Assembly: GCA_037441705.1 (NCBI GenBank)
Contig: JBBIRR010000001.1
Coordinates: forward strand, 276 to 64,275
Length of the DNA stretch: 64,000 nucleotides
Direction of reading: 5' to 3'
Source of the DNA: Ignavibacteriales bacterium
GTDB taxonomy: Bacteria; Bacteroidota; Ignavibacteria; UBA10030; UBA6906
This document shows positions 10,238 to 20,615 of this stretch, in pieces (position 1 is the stretch's first letter; every line of letters starts with the position of its first letter). Under the pieces are notes generated by a model. That model searched no databases. It saw only the letters and a list, made by a program, of their open reading frames with translations, and was not told the DNA's origin. A program made the translations under genes and the position numbers.

Positions 10238-11434
10238 TCAGGTCGAGCGCCGCTCCAACTTCATGCTCAGTTCCATCACGCGCCGGTCGCGGAGAAGTTT
10301 GAACCGAACCGTGTCGCCGACACGGGCTTCTTCGAGAATGGCGAAGAAGGTGGATTGATCGGGGACCCTCTCGCCGTTGACTTCAACAATGATGTCGCCC
10401 GGCTTGAGGCCGGCTCGTTCCGCAGGACTGCGGCGAACAACGTTGCTCACGATAACGCCCTCCGCCGCGTCGAGGCCGAAATAACGCGCCACACGTTCAT
10501 CAACGCCTTGCACTTCAAAGCCGATGAAGAATTCTCGCTCGATCTTGCCGCTCCGTTTCAACTCTGCCACCACCGCCTTCACGCGGTTGATGGGAATGGC
10601 GAATCCCAGCCCGATGTTTCCCTGATTCGGCGTGAAGATGACCGCGTTGACGCCGATGACTTCTCCGAGACTGTTGACGAGCGGCCCCCCGCTATTCCCC
10701 GAATTGATGGCAGCATCCGTCTGAATCATGCCGCGGTACGAGCGGCCTTCCTGCGCCTGCAGGCTGATGTTCGTTGTGCTGACGACACCCACGGTCACCG
10801 TCGGCTTATTGTTCCGATCAAACAGCCCGAAGGGGTTGCCGAAGGCAATCACCCACTCGCCGATGATCACGTCATCCGAATTGCCTAACCTGAGGTACGG
10901 CAAGTTCTTGCCGTCAATCTTCAGAAGGGCGATGTCCGTTGTGCGATCCGTTCCGATCAACTCCGCCTTGTACTTCTCGCCGTTGGTCATCGTGACGGTG
11001 ATTTCGGATGCGTTGCCTGCCACGTGATCATTCGTGATCACGTACCCATCGGGAGAGATGATGAAACCGGAGCCAAGCTCGCGCACCTGTTGTGTGTAGA
11101 TTTGATCGGGAAAGAAGTGTCGGAAGAACGGATCGTCACCCCAGGGACTGCGGTAGCGGTACTGGCGTACTTCGAGTACGTTGATACCGACGACGGCGGG
11201 GCTGCAGACTGCTACGGTTTGCGTGATAGCGTTGCGGCGCGAGGCGGTTACGCCTGCGACCACCGAGTCACGCTGCTGATACGCGGCCGGTTTTGCTTCC
11301 TCGAACGGCGCATCAGTATACATGGGCGCGGGCGTTTGATTATGCGACCCGGGCATGTGCCCGATCCCGTACCCGATCAACCCCCCAATCAGAAACGGAA
11401 AAACCATCAGTGCCATCAAGACTTTCTTCGTCAT
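10238..11434 (-). CDS. htrA: Do/HtrA-family periplasmic serine endopeptidase with PDZ domain
   Basis: Trypsin-like catalytic triad context (TNDHV, DIALLK, GNSGGPL) followed by PDZ domain. Start chosen at MTKKV, which has a GAGGG ribosome-binding site. Confidence 0.85.
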   Translation of the reverse strand: MTKKVLMALMVFPFLIGGLIGYGIGHMPGSHNQTPAPMYTDAPFEEAKPAAYQQRDSVVAGVTASRRNAITQTVAVCSPAVVGINVLEVRQYRYRSPWGDDPFFRHFFPDQIYTQQVRELGSGFIISPDGYVITNDHVAGNASEITVTMTNGEKYKAELIGTDRTTDIALLKIDGKNLPYLRLGNSDDVIIGEWVIAFGNPFGLFDRNNKPTVTVGVVSTTNISLQAQEGRSYRGMIQTDAAINSGNSGGPLVNSLGEVIGVNAVIFTPNQGNIGLGFAIPINRVKAVVAELKRSGKIEREFFIGFEVQGVDERVARYFGLDAAEGVIVSNVVRRSPAERAGLKPGDIIVEVNGERVPDQSTFFAILEEARVGDTVRFKLLRDRRVMELSMKLERRST

Positions 11435-11474
11435 GTTCATACCCTCATTAACTACATCCCTCATACTCCGCTGC

Positions 11475-12110
11475 TCAGAGCTTGGACGCGGACGCTTTCA
11501 TCGCCTTCTCTGCGAAATACGCTTTCACCGGTCCTATCAGACGCAGGAGAATCAGCAGACCCAGCAGAAGAAGATACCATCGAAAGCTCGCCGCCGTTGC
11601 ATTGTGTGGCATCCACCGGCTCACGACCTCATCGGGCAGCACAAAGGGCAGACCCGACATCAACACGGTTGCACCCGCGTTGCCGACGTTCACATCGCGC
11701 GACAGCTTGTAGCCGATGAACCACGCCGCCATCCAGATCGGCAGAATCACCCATCCGAGGAGAAGCATCGCGCCGGCTGCCGTTGCCAGTCCACGCCCGC
11801 CTTTGAAGCTGAGCCACACAGGGAAGTTGTGCCCGAGAACGGCTCCAAGGGCGGCAACAGCAGCGGCCGTAAACTCATCGCCAAGAAGACGACCGGCGAC
11901 GACCGCCGCCACACCTTTCACCACGTCGAGTATGAGCACGCTTGCACCGACGAACTTCGATCGCGTCACTTCGTAGCTATTCAGCGTGCCAACGTTGCCG
12001 CTCCCGGCGGTACGAATGTCCAGGTGCGCTTTCCATTTGACAAGAAGATACGCGCTGGGAAGAGATCCGATGGCATAGCCGAGAACGGCAGCAAGAAGAT
12101 ACACACTCAT
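11475..12110 (-). CDS. plsY: glycerol-3-phosphate acyltransferase PlsY
   Basis: Multi-pass membrane protein with GSGN(V)G motif, length ~210 aa. Confidence 0.85.
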   Translation of the reverse strand: MSVYLLAAVLGYAIGSLPSAYLLVKWKAHLDIRTAGSGNVGTLNSYEVTRSKFVGASVLILDVVKGVAAVVAGRLLGDEFTAAAVAALGAVLGHNFPVWLSFKGGRGLATAAGAMLLLGWVILPIWMAAWFIGYKLSRDVNVGNAGATVLMSGLPFVLPDEVVSRWMPHNATAASFRWYLLLLGLLILLRLIGPVKAYFAEKAMKASASKL

Positions 12111-12318
12111 GATCGTGGCTCTTCAATCAAAAAAACAATAACGAAATTCCTCAGGAGAATCAACGGGCTTCCTTGATTCCCGCAACTGAAACGGCTATAT
12201 TGTGCGTGCTCAAATTCCCGCCGGACAGATGACGGAGGGATGGCGTTTTGCCGCCGAAAGTGATTCCACGAGCAACATGCAGTTCCCCTCTGCCGACAAT
12301 CCTTTGTGAGCGTGTTTC

Positions 12319-13074
12319 ATGATACCCCCGGACATGAAAAAACTCCTGCGACGGTTCAAGCAAGGGAAAGTCTCGGAAGGAGAATTGATGCGTGCACTGT
12401 CTACCTCCATGATGGAATCGCTCGGGTTCGCTACCGTGGACCATCATCGTGAGATCCGACAGGGGTTTCCGGAGGTAATTTTTTGTGAAGGAAAAACGGA
12501 AGACCAGGTGGTGACGATTGCCAAGCGGATTGCTCGACGCGGCAACATCTTGTTTGCCACCCGAGCGAACCGAAAGCAGTTCGCCGCGGTAAAGAAGCAG
12601 ATACGGAACGCCCGCTACAATCCCGTGGCGCGCACGATCACCGCCAACGAACATCTCATCCAGCCGCGCGGGCGGGGAACCATTCTCGTGATCACCGCCG
12701 GAACGTCCGACCTTCCGGTGGCGGAAGAAGCGATCGAGACGGCGCGTTTGATGGGCAACACGGTTGACACCCTTACCGACGTCGGCGTCGCCGGTATTCA
12801 TCGCATCCTGCTGCAGAGTGCCAAGCTCCGCGCGGCATCCGTCATCATCGTTGTGGCGGGCATGGATGGCGCTCTGCCGAGCGTCGTCGGCGGGTTGGTG
12901 GATGTACCGGTTATCGCCGTGCCGACATCCGTCGGCTACGGGGCACACTTTCACGGCGTTGCATCCCTGCTGACGATGCTGAACTCCTGTGCCGCAGGAG
13001 TCGTTGTGGTCAATATCGACAACGGGTTCGGCGCGGGCTTCGCCGCAAGCACAATCAACAGACGCCGGGAGTGA
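12319..13074 (+). CDS. larB: LarB-like PurE-family protein (nickel-pincer cofactor biosynthesis, pyridinium-3,5-biscarboxylic acid mononucleotide synthase homolog)
   Basis: N-terminal LarB-specific region including the GFPEVIF.EGKT motif, followed by a PurE/AIR-carboxylase-like domain. ~250 aa. Confidence 0.6.
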   Translation: MIPPDMKKLLRRFKQGKVSEGELMRALSTSMMESLGFATVDHHREIRQGFPEVIFCEGKTEDQVVTIAKRIARRGNILFATRANRKQFAAVKKQIRNARYNPVARTITANEHLIQPRGRGTILVITAGTSDLPVAEEAIETARLMGNTVDTLTDVGVAGIHRILLQSAKLRAASVIIVVAGMDGALPSVVGGLVDVPVIAVPTSVGYGAHFHGVASLLTMLNSCAAGVVVVNIDNGFGAGFAASTINRRRE

Positions 13075-13141
13075 GGCAAGTACCGCTCGGCAAGCGAATG
13101 CATCTTTCATACACTGTTCATTGAAACAAGGTATTCTCTCG

Positions 13142-14530
13142 ATGGCCAAGGACCTGACAAAAGTCTGCTACTACGATAACATCCTGCAGACGATAGGCAA
13201 GACACCCCTCGTGAAGCTGAATCGCATTACGAAGGACGTGAAAGGACTTATCCTTGCGAAGGTGGAGTATTTCAATCCCGGCGGATCGGTGAAGGATCGC
13301 ATCGGCGTCTCGATCGTCGAAGATGCAGAACGCGAGGGGCGATTGAAACCCGGGGGAACAATTGTCGAGTCCACGTCAGGGAATACGGGCATGGGCTTAG
13401 CGCTTGTGGCTGCGGTGAAAGGCTACAAGACCGTCTTCACGCTCCCCGACAAGATGAGTATGGAGAAGATACGACTGCTGCGCGCATTCGGTGCGGAGGT
13501 GATCGTCACACCCACGGCGGTGCCGCACGAAGCGCCCGAAAGCTATACGGAGGTCGCCAAGCGTGTCGTGCGCGAAACGCCGAACTCCATCCTCGCCAAT
13601 CAGTATTACAATCCGCGAAACCCCGAGGCGCATTACCTGACCACCGGACCCGAAATCTGGGAACAGACGGGTGGGCAAATTGACTACTTCGTGTGTGGCA
13701 TCGGAACCGGAGGCACGATCAGCGGAGTCGGAAAATTCTTGAAGGAACAAAATCCGAACGTCAAGGTCATCGGCGTTGACCCCAAAGGCAGCGTGCTGCG
13801 CGAATACTTCTACACAAAGAAAATCACGCCCATTCTGAAGACGTACAAGGTGGAGGGGATCGGTCAGGATTACGTGCCGGGAACACTCCACTTCGAGTAC
13901 ATTGACGAGGTGGTCGAGGCCGATGATCGCGAGTCGTTTCTCATGGCGCGGCGCCTGACGCGTGAAGAGGGCCTCATGGTGGGCGGCTCGGCCGGCACCG
14001 CCGTCGCCGGCATGATGAAGATTGCCGATCGCTTCACCGAGAAGGACGTCGTCGTGGTTCTTCTCCCCGACTCAGGCGAGCGCTATCTCAGCAAGATTTA
14101 CAATGATGACTGGATGCAGGAGCACGGCTTCCTTGTGCCCGAGAAGATTACTGCCCGATACATTCTCGCATCGAAGAAGAGATGGGGTGAGCTTATCGCC
14201 GTCGATCCGATGACGTCGGTGCGCAAGACGTTAGAGCTGTTCAAGGAAAAGGATATCTCGCAGATACCCGTGCTCGACCGCGGCAAACCGGTCGGCGCCG
14301 TCCACGACTCCGATGTGATGGCGCGTGTGCTTGAGCGTCCGACGTTGATGGACTCGCCCGTCAGCGCGCTGATGGATGCCCCCTTTCCGGTCGTCAACGT
14401 GGATTCGCTGGTGGATGATTTTCTCAAGCTCATGACCACCAAGAAAAATTCCGCCGTGCTGATCGAAGACCAGCAGAAGATTACGGGAATCCTCACGCGG
14501 TATGATGTGATCGAGTTTCTGGGAAAGTGA
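13142..14530 (+). CDS. cystathionine beta-synthase (PLP fold-type II domain plus C-terminal CBS-domain pair)
   Basis: KDRIG/GNTG motifs of the cysteine-synthase/CBS fold, ~460 aa with tandem CBS domains at the C-terminus. True start MAKDLTKV lies inside a longer ORF-track ORF. Confidence 0.85.
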   Translation: MAKDLTKVCYYDNILQTIGKTPLVKLNRITKDVKGLILAKVEYFNPGGSVKDRIGVSIVEDAEREGRLKPGGTIVESTSGNTGMGLALVAAVKGYKTVFTLPDKMSMEKIRLLRAFGAEVIVTPTAVPHEAPESYTEVAKRVVRETPNSILANQYYNPRNPEAHYLTTGPEIWEQTGGQIDYFVCGIGTGGTISGVGKFLKEQNPNVKVIGVDPKGSVLREYFYTKKITPILKTYKVEGIGQDYVPGTLHFEYIDEVVEADDRESFLMARRLTREEGLMVGGSAGTAVAGMMKIADRFTEKDVVVVLLPDSGERYLSKIYNDDWMQEHGFLVPEKITARYILASKKRWGELIAVDPMTSVRKTLELFKEKDISQIPVLDRGKPVGAVHDSDVMARVLERPTLMDSPVSALMDAPFPVVNVDSLVDDFLKLMTTKKNSAVLIEDQQKITGILTRYDVIEFLGK

Positions 14531-14608
14531 TGCTTTCGCTTCGGCACGACATTGCCCGAGGATATTCACCCTCCACGAATCAACCTCCAACTTAACTGCG
14601 GCACCATC

Positions 14609-15757
14609 ATGTCAGATCACGGTTTCTCGACGAAGGCAATCCACGCGGGGCAGCCCGCCGAACCTGTCACAGGCGCTATCATGACGCCGGTTTTTCTCAC
14701 CTCGACGTACGTGCAGGAAGAACTGGGCAAGCACAAGGGCTATGAGTACTCCCGCGTCTCGAATCCGACACGAACGGCGCTGGAGCAGAACATTGCCGCG
14801 CTCGAGAACGGCAAGCACGGCATGGCCTTCGGCTCGGGCACGGCTGCCGTTGATGCCATCATGCATCTGCTGAAGCCCGGCGACCACATGATCCTCTCGT
14901 GGAACGTGTACGGCGGGACGTATCGGATTGCTCGAATGGTGTGGGAAGATTTCGGCTTGCAGTTCGATTTCGTTGATACGACAAATCTGCAGAACGTCGA
15001 GCGCGTCCTTCGTCCGAACACGAAGATGCTCTTCATCGAAACGCCGACGAACCCGACGATGGAAATTACCGATCTCGCAGCAGCAGCAGCGCTCGCAAAG
15101 AAGTTCAATCTCATTTCCGTCGTCGATAACACCTTTGCCACACCCTACTTGCAGCAACCGCTGAGCTACGGCTTCGACATTGTCGTTCACAGCCTGACAA
15201 AATACCTGAACGGCCACAGCGACATGTTGGGGGGATTGGTCGTGACAGACAACGATCAGTATGCCGAGAAGCTTCGCTTTCTGCAGAAAGCGGTGGGAGG
15301 CATTCTCAGTCCGTTCGATTCGTGGCTCTGTTTGCGCGGCACCAAAACGTTGGCCGTACGCATGAAGCAGCACTGTGAAAACGCATTGCGTGTCGCCCGC
15401 TGGTTGACACAACAACCGAAGGTGCAGAAAGTGTATTATCCCGGCTTGGAAAGCCATCCGCAGCATGCGCTGGCGAAGAAACAGATGCGCGGATTCGGCG
15501 GGATGATTTCGTTCGAGGTCGGAAGCCTCGAGGCCGCTGCACAGTTTCTTAAACGCGTCAAGCTCTGCGCTCTTGCCGAGAGTCTCGGCGGTGTGGAAAC
15601 AATCATCACTCACCCTGCAACGATGACGCACGCGTCGATACCGCCGGAGCAGCGCGCCCGCATCGGCATTACGGATGGATTGGTGCGTATCTCTGTCGGC
15701 ATCGAGGACGTCGAGGATATCATCGCCGACATCGATCAAGCACTCAACAGCAGATGA
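14609..15757 (+). CDS. cystathionine gamma-lyase / Cys-Met metabolism PLP enzyme (reverse transsulfuration with the upstream CBS)
   Basis: MetB/MetC/CGL family similarity (AIHAGQ..., PLP lysine region SLTKYLNGHSD). Start at MSDHGF. Confidence 0.8.
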   Translation: MSDHGFSTKAIHAGQPAEPVTGAIMTPVFLTSTYVQEELGKHKGYEYSRVSNPTRTALEQNIAALENGKHGMAFGSGTAAVDAIMHLLKPGDHMILSWNVYGGTYRIARMVWEDFGLQFDFVDTTNLQNVERVLRPNTKMLFIETPTNPTMEITDLAAAAALAKKFNLISVVDNTFATPYLQQPLSYGFDIVVHSLTKYLNGHSDMLGGLVVTDNDQYAEKLRFLQKAVGGILSPFDSWLCLRGTKTLAVRMKQHCENALRVARWLTQQPKVQKVYYPGLESHPQHALAKKQMRGFGGMISFEVGSLEAAAQFLKRVKLCALAESLGGVETIITHPATMTHASIPPEQRARIGITDGLVRISVGIEDVEDIIADIDQALNSR

Positions 15758-15862
15758 ACTCATGAGCACGCCGTCGTTGTATTCGAGAGTCTATTTTGGT
15801 ATCTTTTTTCGAGCACTTCGACGACAGCAGAATCTTACCGTTCATCCAAGCACGACCGAACA

Positions 15863-18373
15863 ATGAAAGCTGTGATCATGGCCGGCGGGTTCGGGACACG
15901 CCTGCGCCCACTGACGTGCAACACCCCCAAGCCGATGGCGCCCGTGATGAACAAACCGATGATGCATCACATCGTCGAGCTGCTCAAGAAGCACGGCATC
16001 ACGGAGATGATCGCAACGTTGTTCTACTCTCCCGACGTCATCACCAACTACTTCGGCGACGGTTCGCGGCTGGGCGTACAGATGCGGTACGTGAAGGCCG
16101 ACGCCGACTACGGCACGGCCGGCAGTGTCCGCAATGCCACCAAAGATCTGCACGAACGCATCCTCATCATCAGCGGCGACGTGCTGACGGACTTCGATCT
16201 GACCGCAGCGCTGCGCTTTCACGAACAGAAGAATGCAAAAGCAACCATCGTGCTGACGCATGCAAAGAATCCGCTTGCCTTCGGCGTCGTCATCACCGCC
16301 GACGACGGAAAGATCACGCGGTTCCTCGAAAAACCGTCCTGGGGCGAAGTCTTCAGCGACACGATCAACACCGGCATCTACATCCTTGAGCCTGACGTTC
16401 TGGAAATCATCCCCTACCGTGAAGAGTTTGATTTCAGCAAGAACCTTTTCCCGTACTTGCTGCGCAATAACCTCGGCCTCTACGGATACATTGCCGACGG
16501 CTACTGGCGCGATATCGGGAACCTGAATGAGTATCAGGAAGCCCACCTCGATGCCCTCAACGGCGTCGTGTGCGTCAACATCGAGGGGAACCGAAGCGGC
16601 AATTTGACCTACGGCGAGGGATGCTCGTTCCAACGAGACAAGCTCCACATTGAAGGCACCGTCTTGCTGGGCAGGAATGTCACCATCGGCGACGAAGTGA
16701 CGCTCTCCAATACGGTCATCGGCGACAACTGCGTCATCGGGCCCGGCTCGGTGCTGCGCAATGTTGTGTTGTGGAACGATGTCGTCGTCGGTCACAGCGC
16801 AGAGCTTTCCAACGACGTCGTCTGTTCTCGCTGCTCCATCGGCGAGAAGGTGGTGATTTCAGAGAACGTTTTTATCGGCGACGGGTGTTGGATCGGGCGC
16901 AAAGCGCAGCTGTCATCAAACATCAAACTCTGGCCGGAAAAGGTTGTCGAAGAAGGGGCTGTCCTCACGCGCAGTCTCGTCTGGGAAGATAAATGGCTGC
17001 GCGAGCTGTTTTCCGACGCCCGCGTCACGGGGCTGGCGAACATCGAAATGAACCCGGAGTTTGGCGCCAAGCTCGGCGCAGCCTACGGCGCGTTCATCGG
17101 CGAAGGAAAGACGGTCGTGACCAGTCGCGACGCCGACAATGTCTCCCGCATGATCAACCGTGCGCTCATCTGCGGACTGATCTCGGCCGGGGTCAACACG
17201 TTCGACCTGCGCGCCATGTCCATCCCTCTCCTCCGTCACGAACTCAGTACGGGCAAGGAGGCGGGCGGCATTCACGTGCGCCGCTCGCCGTTCGACAAGA
17301 ACCTTACCGATATCATTTTCTTCGATGCCAATGGGATGGATCTTCCCGCCAGCAAGACGAAGAACATTGAGCGCTTATTCTTCGGCGAAGACTTCCCGCG
17401 TGCGCCGCGGGATAAGGTGGGCACGATCTCCTTCCCCGAACGGACGACGGAATCGTATCGGGGAAAATTTCTGTCCTCCATCAATATTGAAGCCATCAGC
17501 AAGCGGAAGTTCAATCTCGTGATCGACTACTCGAACGGCGTGGCCTCCACGATCTTCCCGCTCATTCTGGGATCGTTCGATTGCCAGGTGATTGCCATGA
17601 ATGCACACCTTGACGCGCGGCGTCTGACGCGAGATCACGACGAGTTCGAAAACAGCCTCAGGCAACTGGCGCACGTCGTCACCTCGCTGAAATACGACAT
17701 CGGGTGCCTGATTGATGCCGGGGGTGAGAAGCTGTTTGTGGTGGATGAAAACGGCAAGAATATCTCGAGCGAACGCCTGCTGACGATTGTCACCGAACTG
17801 TTTCTGCAAACCAATCCCAACACGACGGCCATCGCGGTGCCGATCACGTCGCCCGGCGAGGTGGATCTGATCTGTGCGCCGCGCAACGTGAAGGTCATCA
17901 AGACACGCAACAGTCACCTGGCCATGATGGAAGCTGCGACCAGCAAGCAGGTACAGTTTGTAGGAGGAAACAAAGGCGGGTTTATTTTTACGGATTTCTT
18001 CTTCGCCACCGATGCGATGTACTCGCTGGCAAAGATTCTGGAGATGATGGCCCTCACCGGCAAACGCCTCGGTGAAATCGACGCAGCCCTTCCGCGCCTG
18101 GCGCTCTCGAGGCTGAATGTGAACTGCTCGTGGGAGCACAAGGGGAAAGTCATGCGCCACATTATGATGGACTCGGAAGGCAAGAAGCGCGATCTTGTCG
18201 ACGGAGTCAAGATCTACATCGACCTCAATGGCCGGAACGCGAGCGTGCTGCTGCTGCCGGACAAGGAACGACCTCTGTTCCACATCAACGCAGAGGCACC
18301 CGATCAGCAGCTTGCCGACCAATTGGCGCAGCAATACAAGCGCAAGATCACACAGTGGCGCGACGAACCATAG
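15863..18373 (+). CDS. fused sugar-1-phosphate nucleotidyltransferase (NTP_transferase plus hexapeptide beta-helix) / phosphomannomutase-phosphoglucomutase
   Basis: N-terminal GGFGTRLRPLT nucleotidyltransferase motif, left-handed beta-helix repeats, C-terminal PGM/PMM alpha/beta/alpha domains. 836 aa. Confidence 0.8.
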   Translation: MKAVIMAGGFGTRLRPLTCNTPKPMAPVMNKPMMHHIVELLKKHGITEMIATLFYSPDVITNYFGDGSRLGVQMRYVKADADYGTAGSVRNATKDLHERILIISGDVLTDFDLTAALRFHEQKNAKATIVLTHAKNPLAFGVVITADDGKITRFLEKPSWGEVFSDTINTGIYILEPDVLEIIPYREEFDFSKNLFPYLLRNNLGLYGYIADGYWRDIGNLNEYQEAHLDALNGVVCVNIEGNRSGNLTYGEGCSFQRDKLHIEGTVLLGRNVTIGDEVTLSNTVIGDNCVIGPGSVLRNVVLWNDVVVGHSAELSNDVVCSRCSIGEKVVISENVFIGDGCWIGRKAQLSSNIKLWPEKVVEEGAVLTRSLVWEDKWLRELFSDARVTGLANIEMNPEFGAKLGAAYGAFIGEGKTVVTSRDADNVSRMINRALICGLISAGVNTFDLRAMSIPLLRHELSTGKEAGGIHVRRSPFDKNLTDIIFFDANGMDLPASKTKNIERLFFGEDFPRAPRDKVGTISFPERTTESYRGKFLSSINIEAISKRKFNLVIDYSNGVASTIFPLILGSFDCQVIAMNAHLDARRLTRDHDEFENSLRQLAHVVTSLKYDIGCLIDAGGEKLFVVDENGKNISSERLLTIVTELFLQTNPNTTAIAVPITSPGEVDLICAPRNVKVIKTRNSHLAMMEAATSKQVQFVGGNKGGFIFTDFFFATDAMYSLAKILEMMALTGKRLGEIDAALPRLALSRLNVNCSWEHKGKVMRHIMMDSEGKKRDLVDGVKIYIDLNGRNASVLLLPDKERPLFHINAEAPDQQLADQLAQQYKRKITQWRDEP

Positions 18374-18386
18374 GAGCTTTCAACGC

Positions 18387-18857
18387 ATGAAAATCAGCGA
18401 ACTTCTTACCGAGGATTTGGTTGTCACACATTTAGAGGGTAGTTCGAAAGAAGATATCATCAACGCGATGATCGACGTCGTCGCCAAATCCCCGAAGGTG
18501 TTGGACAAGGAGAAGGTGCGCGAGGCGGTGTTCGAGCGCGAGAAGATCATGTCCACCGGCGTTGGCGACGGGTTCGCCATCCCGCACGGCAAAACCGACG
18601 CCGTGTCGGATATCGTCGGCTCGTTCGCCATCACAGCAGAACCGATCGACTACGAATCGCTGGACGAGAAACCCGTGCGTCTCGTCTTTCTCCTCGTCAG
18701 CAAGGCAAACATGGTCGGCCCGCACATCAAACTCCTGAGCCGGATTTCGCGTCTGATGAATAAGGCCGATTTCCGAAACAGGCTTCTCACCGTCAACTCG
18801 CCCTCCGAAGTTATCGAGATGTTCCGCAAGGAAGAGGCAACATACTTCGAGGGATAG
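18387..18857 (+). CDS. ptsN: PTS EIIA(Ntr)-type nitrogen regulatory protein
   Basis: PTS_EIIA_2 fold with phosphorylatable His context (FAIPHGK). AGGAG ribosome-binding site at 18373. Confidence 0.8.
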   Translation: MKISELLTEDLVVTHLEGSSKEDIINAMIDVVAKSPKVLDKEKVREAVFEREKIMSTGVGDGFAIPHGKTDAVSDIVGSFAITAEPIDYESLDEKPVRLVFLLVSKANMVGPHIKLLSRISRLMNKADFRNRLLTVNSPSEVIEMFRKEEATYFEG

Positions 18858-18866
18858 CCGAATTCA

Positions 18867-19259
18867 ATGCCGAAAAAGAAGCACGTCGAGCCGGAGTTCG
18901 AGTATCGCTTGATCCTGGGAACACATGTTGACGAGTTGCGGCAAATCCCCATGACGCGTGTGATCATCGAAACCACCAAGCTCTTTGCCAGTTTTCGCTA
19001 TGAACTCTCCGTCGAGGAACGCATCGTCGGGAAGGAGTTTCATTACGCGATCCTCGGTTTGAAGGCTCCGCGGCTGGACCTGCCCACGTCGGGGACGGGA
19101 CAGTTCATTCGGGACTACCAACAGCTGAAAGGCAAGCACACGTTCGTTGTCACGCATTTGGATGGAACGACCAACGCGTTTGTCGTTCAGTTCACGGAAA
19201 AGCGCATCAAAGTTCTGCAATCACCCAAACATCCTTTTGTCGAACTGGTCATCGTATGA
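18867..19259 (+). CDS. conserved hypothetical protein (130 aa), translationally coupled to lgt
   Basis: Clean ORF with ATGA overlap onto the lgt start. No recognisable domain. Confidence 0.5.
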   Translation: MPKKKHVEPEFEYRLILGTHVDELRQIPMTRVIIETTKLFASFRYELSVEERIVGKEFHYAILGLKAPRLDLPTSGTGQFIRDYQQLKGKHTFVVTHLDGTTNAFVVQFTEKRIKVLQSPKHPFVELVIV

Positions 19260-20113
19260 TTCCTGTTCTGTTTGAAATCGGACCCATCAGAATCTACAGC
19301 TACGGCTTGATGCTCGGCATCGGCTTCCTGCTCGGCAGCTACATTCTCTCGTTAGAGTTCCGACGTAAAGGCATCAACCCCAACCTCGCCAGCAATATCA
19401 CGATCATCGCGCTCATTTTTGGTATCGCCGGCGCGAAACTCCTGTACTTGATCGAGAACTGGTCCGACTTTGTGCAGGCCCCCATCGAGATGGCCTTTTC
19501 GGCCGGCGGGCTGACCTGGTACGGCGGGTTTGTCCTCGGAATCGTTGCAGTGATTCTGTACGTTCGGGCAAAGAAGGTCCCCATCCTGAAAGTGATGGAT
19601 GCCCTCGGTGTGGCGTTGCTGCTCGCGTACGGCGTTGCGCGGCTCGGCTGTCACTTCTCGGGCGATGGCGACTACGGCTTCCCGACCGATCTGCCCTGGG
19701 GAACGAATTACGAAAAAGGAACCTATCCTCCTGACCGCGCCTTCAGAATCTTCTATGAATCGGAAGAGATGCGACGGCTGTATCCGGAAATCGCCGAGCG
19801 CTTTCCCAACGGCGTACCGGCGAACACGCCCTGCCACCCAACACCCGTGTATGAAATGCTGCTCGGCGTTGCAGGCTTCTCGCTCATGTGGTTCTGGCTG
19901 CGGAAGAAACCATATCCCGACGGGAAGCTGTTCGCCTTCTATCTTGTTCTGTCGAGTGTGTTTCGCTTCAGCGTAGAGTTCTTGCGCCTGAATCCGCGGC
20001 TGCTCTTCGGATTGTCCGAGGCCCAGCTGATCAGCGCGGTGCTGTTTGTTGTCGGCCTTGTGTGGATTCTTCGCTTGAATGCCAGACCTTCATCGGCGGT
20101 CGAGAGATCATGA
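19256..20113 (+). CDS. lgt: prolipoprotein diacylglyceryl transferase
   Basis: Lgt family multi-pass membrane protein with conserved G-rich signature region. Confidence 0.9.
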   Translation: MIPVLFEIGPIRIYSYGLMLGIGFLLGSYILSLEFRRKGINPNLASNITIIALIFGIAGAKLLYLIENWSDFVQAPIEMAFSAGGLTWYGGFVLGIVAVILYVRAKKVPILKVMDALGVALLLAYGVARLGCHFSGDGDYGFPTDLPWGTNYEKGTYPPDRAFRIFYESEEMRRLYPEIAERFPNGVPANTPCHPTPVYEMLLGVAGFSLMWFWLRKKPYPDGKLFAFYLVLSSVFRFSVEFLRLNPRLLFGLSEAQLISAVLFVVGLVWILRLNARPSSAVERS

Positions 20114-20412
20114 CGCTGGTCGAGCTTTATTCAAAGGATGATTGTCACCTCTGCGACGAGGCGCAGGCGGTGCTGGAAAAAGTCCGGAAGGAGATACCCT
20201 TCCAGCTTCGCATCATCAAACTGATGCCGGGCGAGGAAAACTTTGAAGAGTTCAAGGAAGATTTTCCCGTCATTCACATCAACAAGCGGTTTGCCTTCAA
20301 ACACCGCATCACCGAAAACATGCTGAGAATTCGTCTGCAGCAGATAGCCGGCGAAGGAACCTTACCGGCATTGGAAGATGACGGCAGCAGCATGGATATG
20401 CCGGGTACGTGA
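20110..20412 (+). CDS. glutaredoxin-like (DUF836/Glrx2-type) thioredoxin-fold protein
   Basis: CxxC motif (CHLC) near the N-terminus within LVELYSKDDCHLCDEA, ~100 aa. Start overlaps the lgt stop. Confidence 0.65.
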   Translation: MTLVELYSKDDCHLCDEAQAVLEKVRKEIPFQLRIIKLMPGEENFEEFKEDFPVIHINKRFAFKHRITENMLRIRLQQIAGEGTLPALEDDGSSMDMPGT

Positions 20413-20606
20413 TGTTCGTTCTTGCCAAAAGTCTGGAAGCGGCGGGCATCGTGTGCGTGTTCGTTGGGCTTGTTTTGGGCATCAATAGTCCGACGCTGTG
20501 GATCGAGCTGTACCTCCTCATTATCGGCAGCGCAATTTTTCTTGTCGGGTGGGGGATCGAGAAGATGCACGCTCGAAGAACGTCACGCACATCATCGTCA
20601 CGGTAA
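20412..20606 (+). CDS. small two-helix membrane protein (hypothetical)
   Basis: Two hydrophobic helices. TGATG overlap with the upstream stop suggests translational coupling. Confidence 0.4.
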   Translation: MFVLAKSLEAAGIVCVFVGLVLGINSPTLWIELYLLIIGSAIFLVGWGIEKMHARRTSRTSSSR

Positions 20607-20615
20607 GTCCGTCTC

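Noticed and set aside
12160-13149. 329-aa ORF on the minus strand antisense to larB
   Set aside because: It completely overlaps a well-supported plus-strand gene and has Arg/Ala/Gly-rich composition typical of antisense frames in high-GC DNA.
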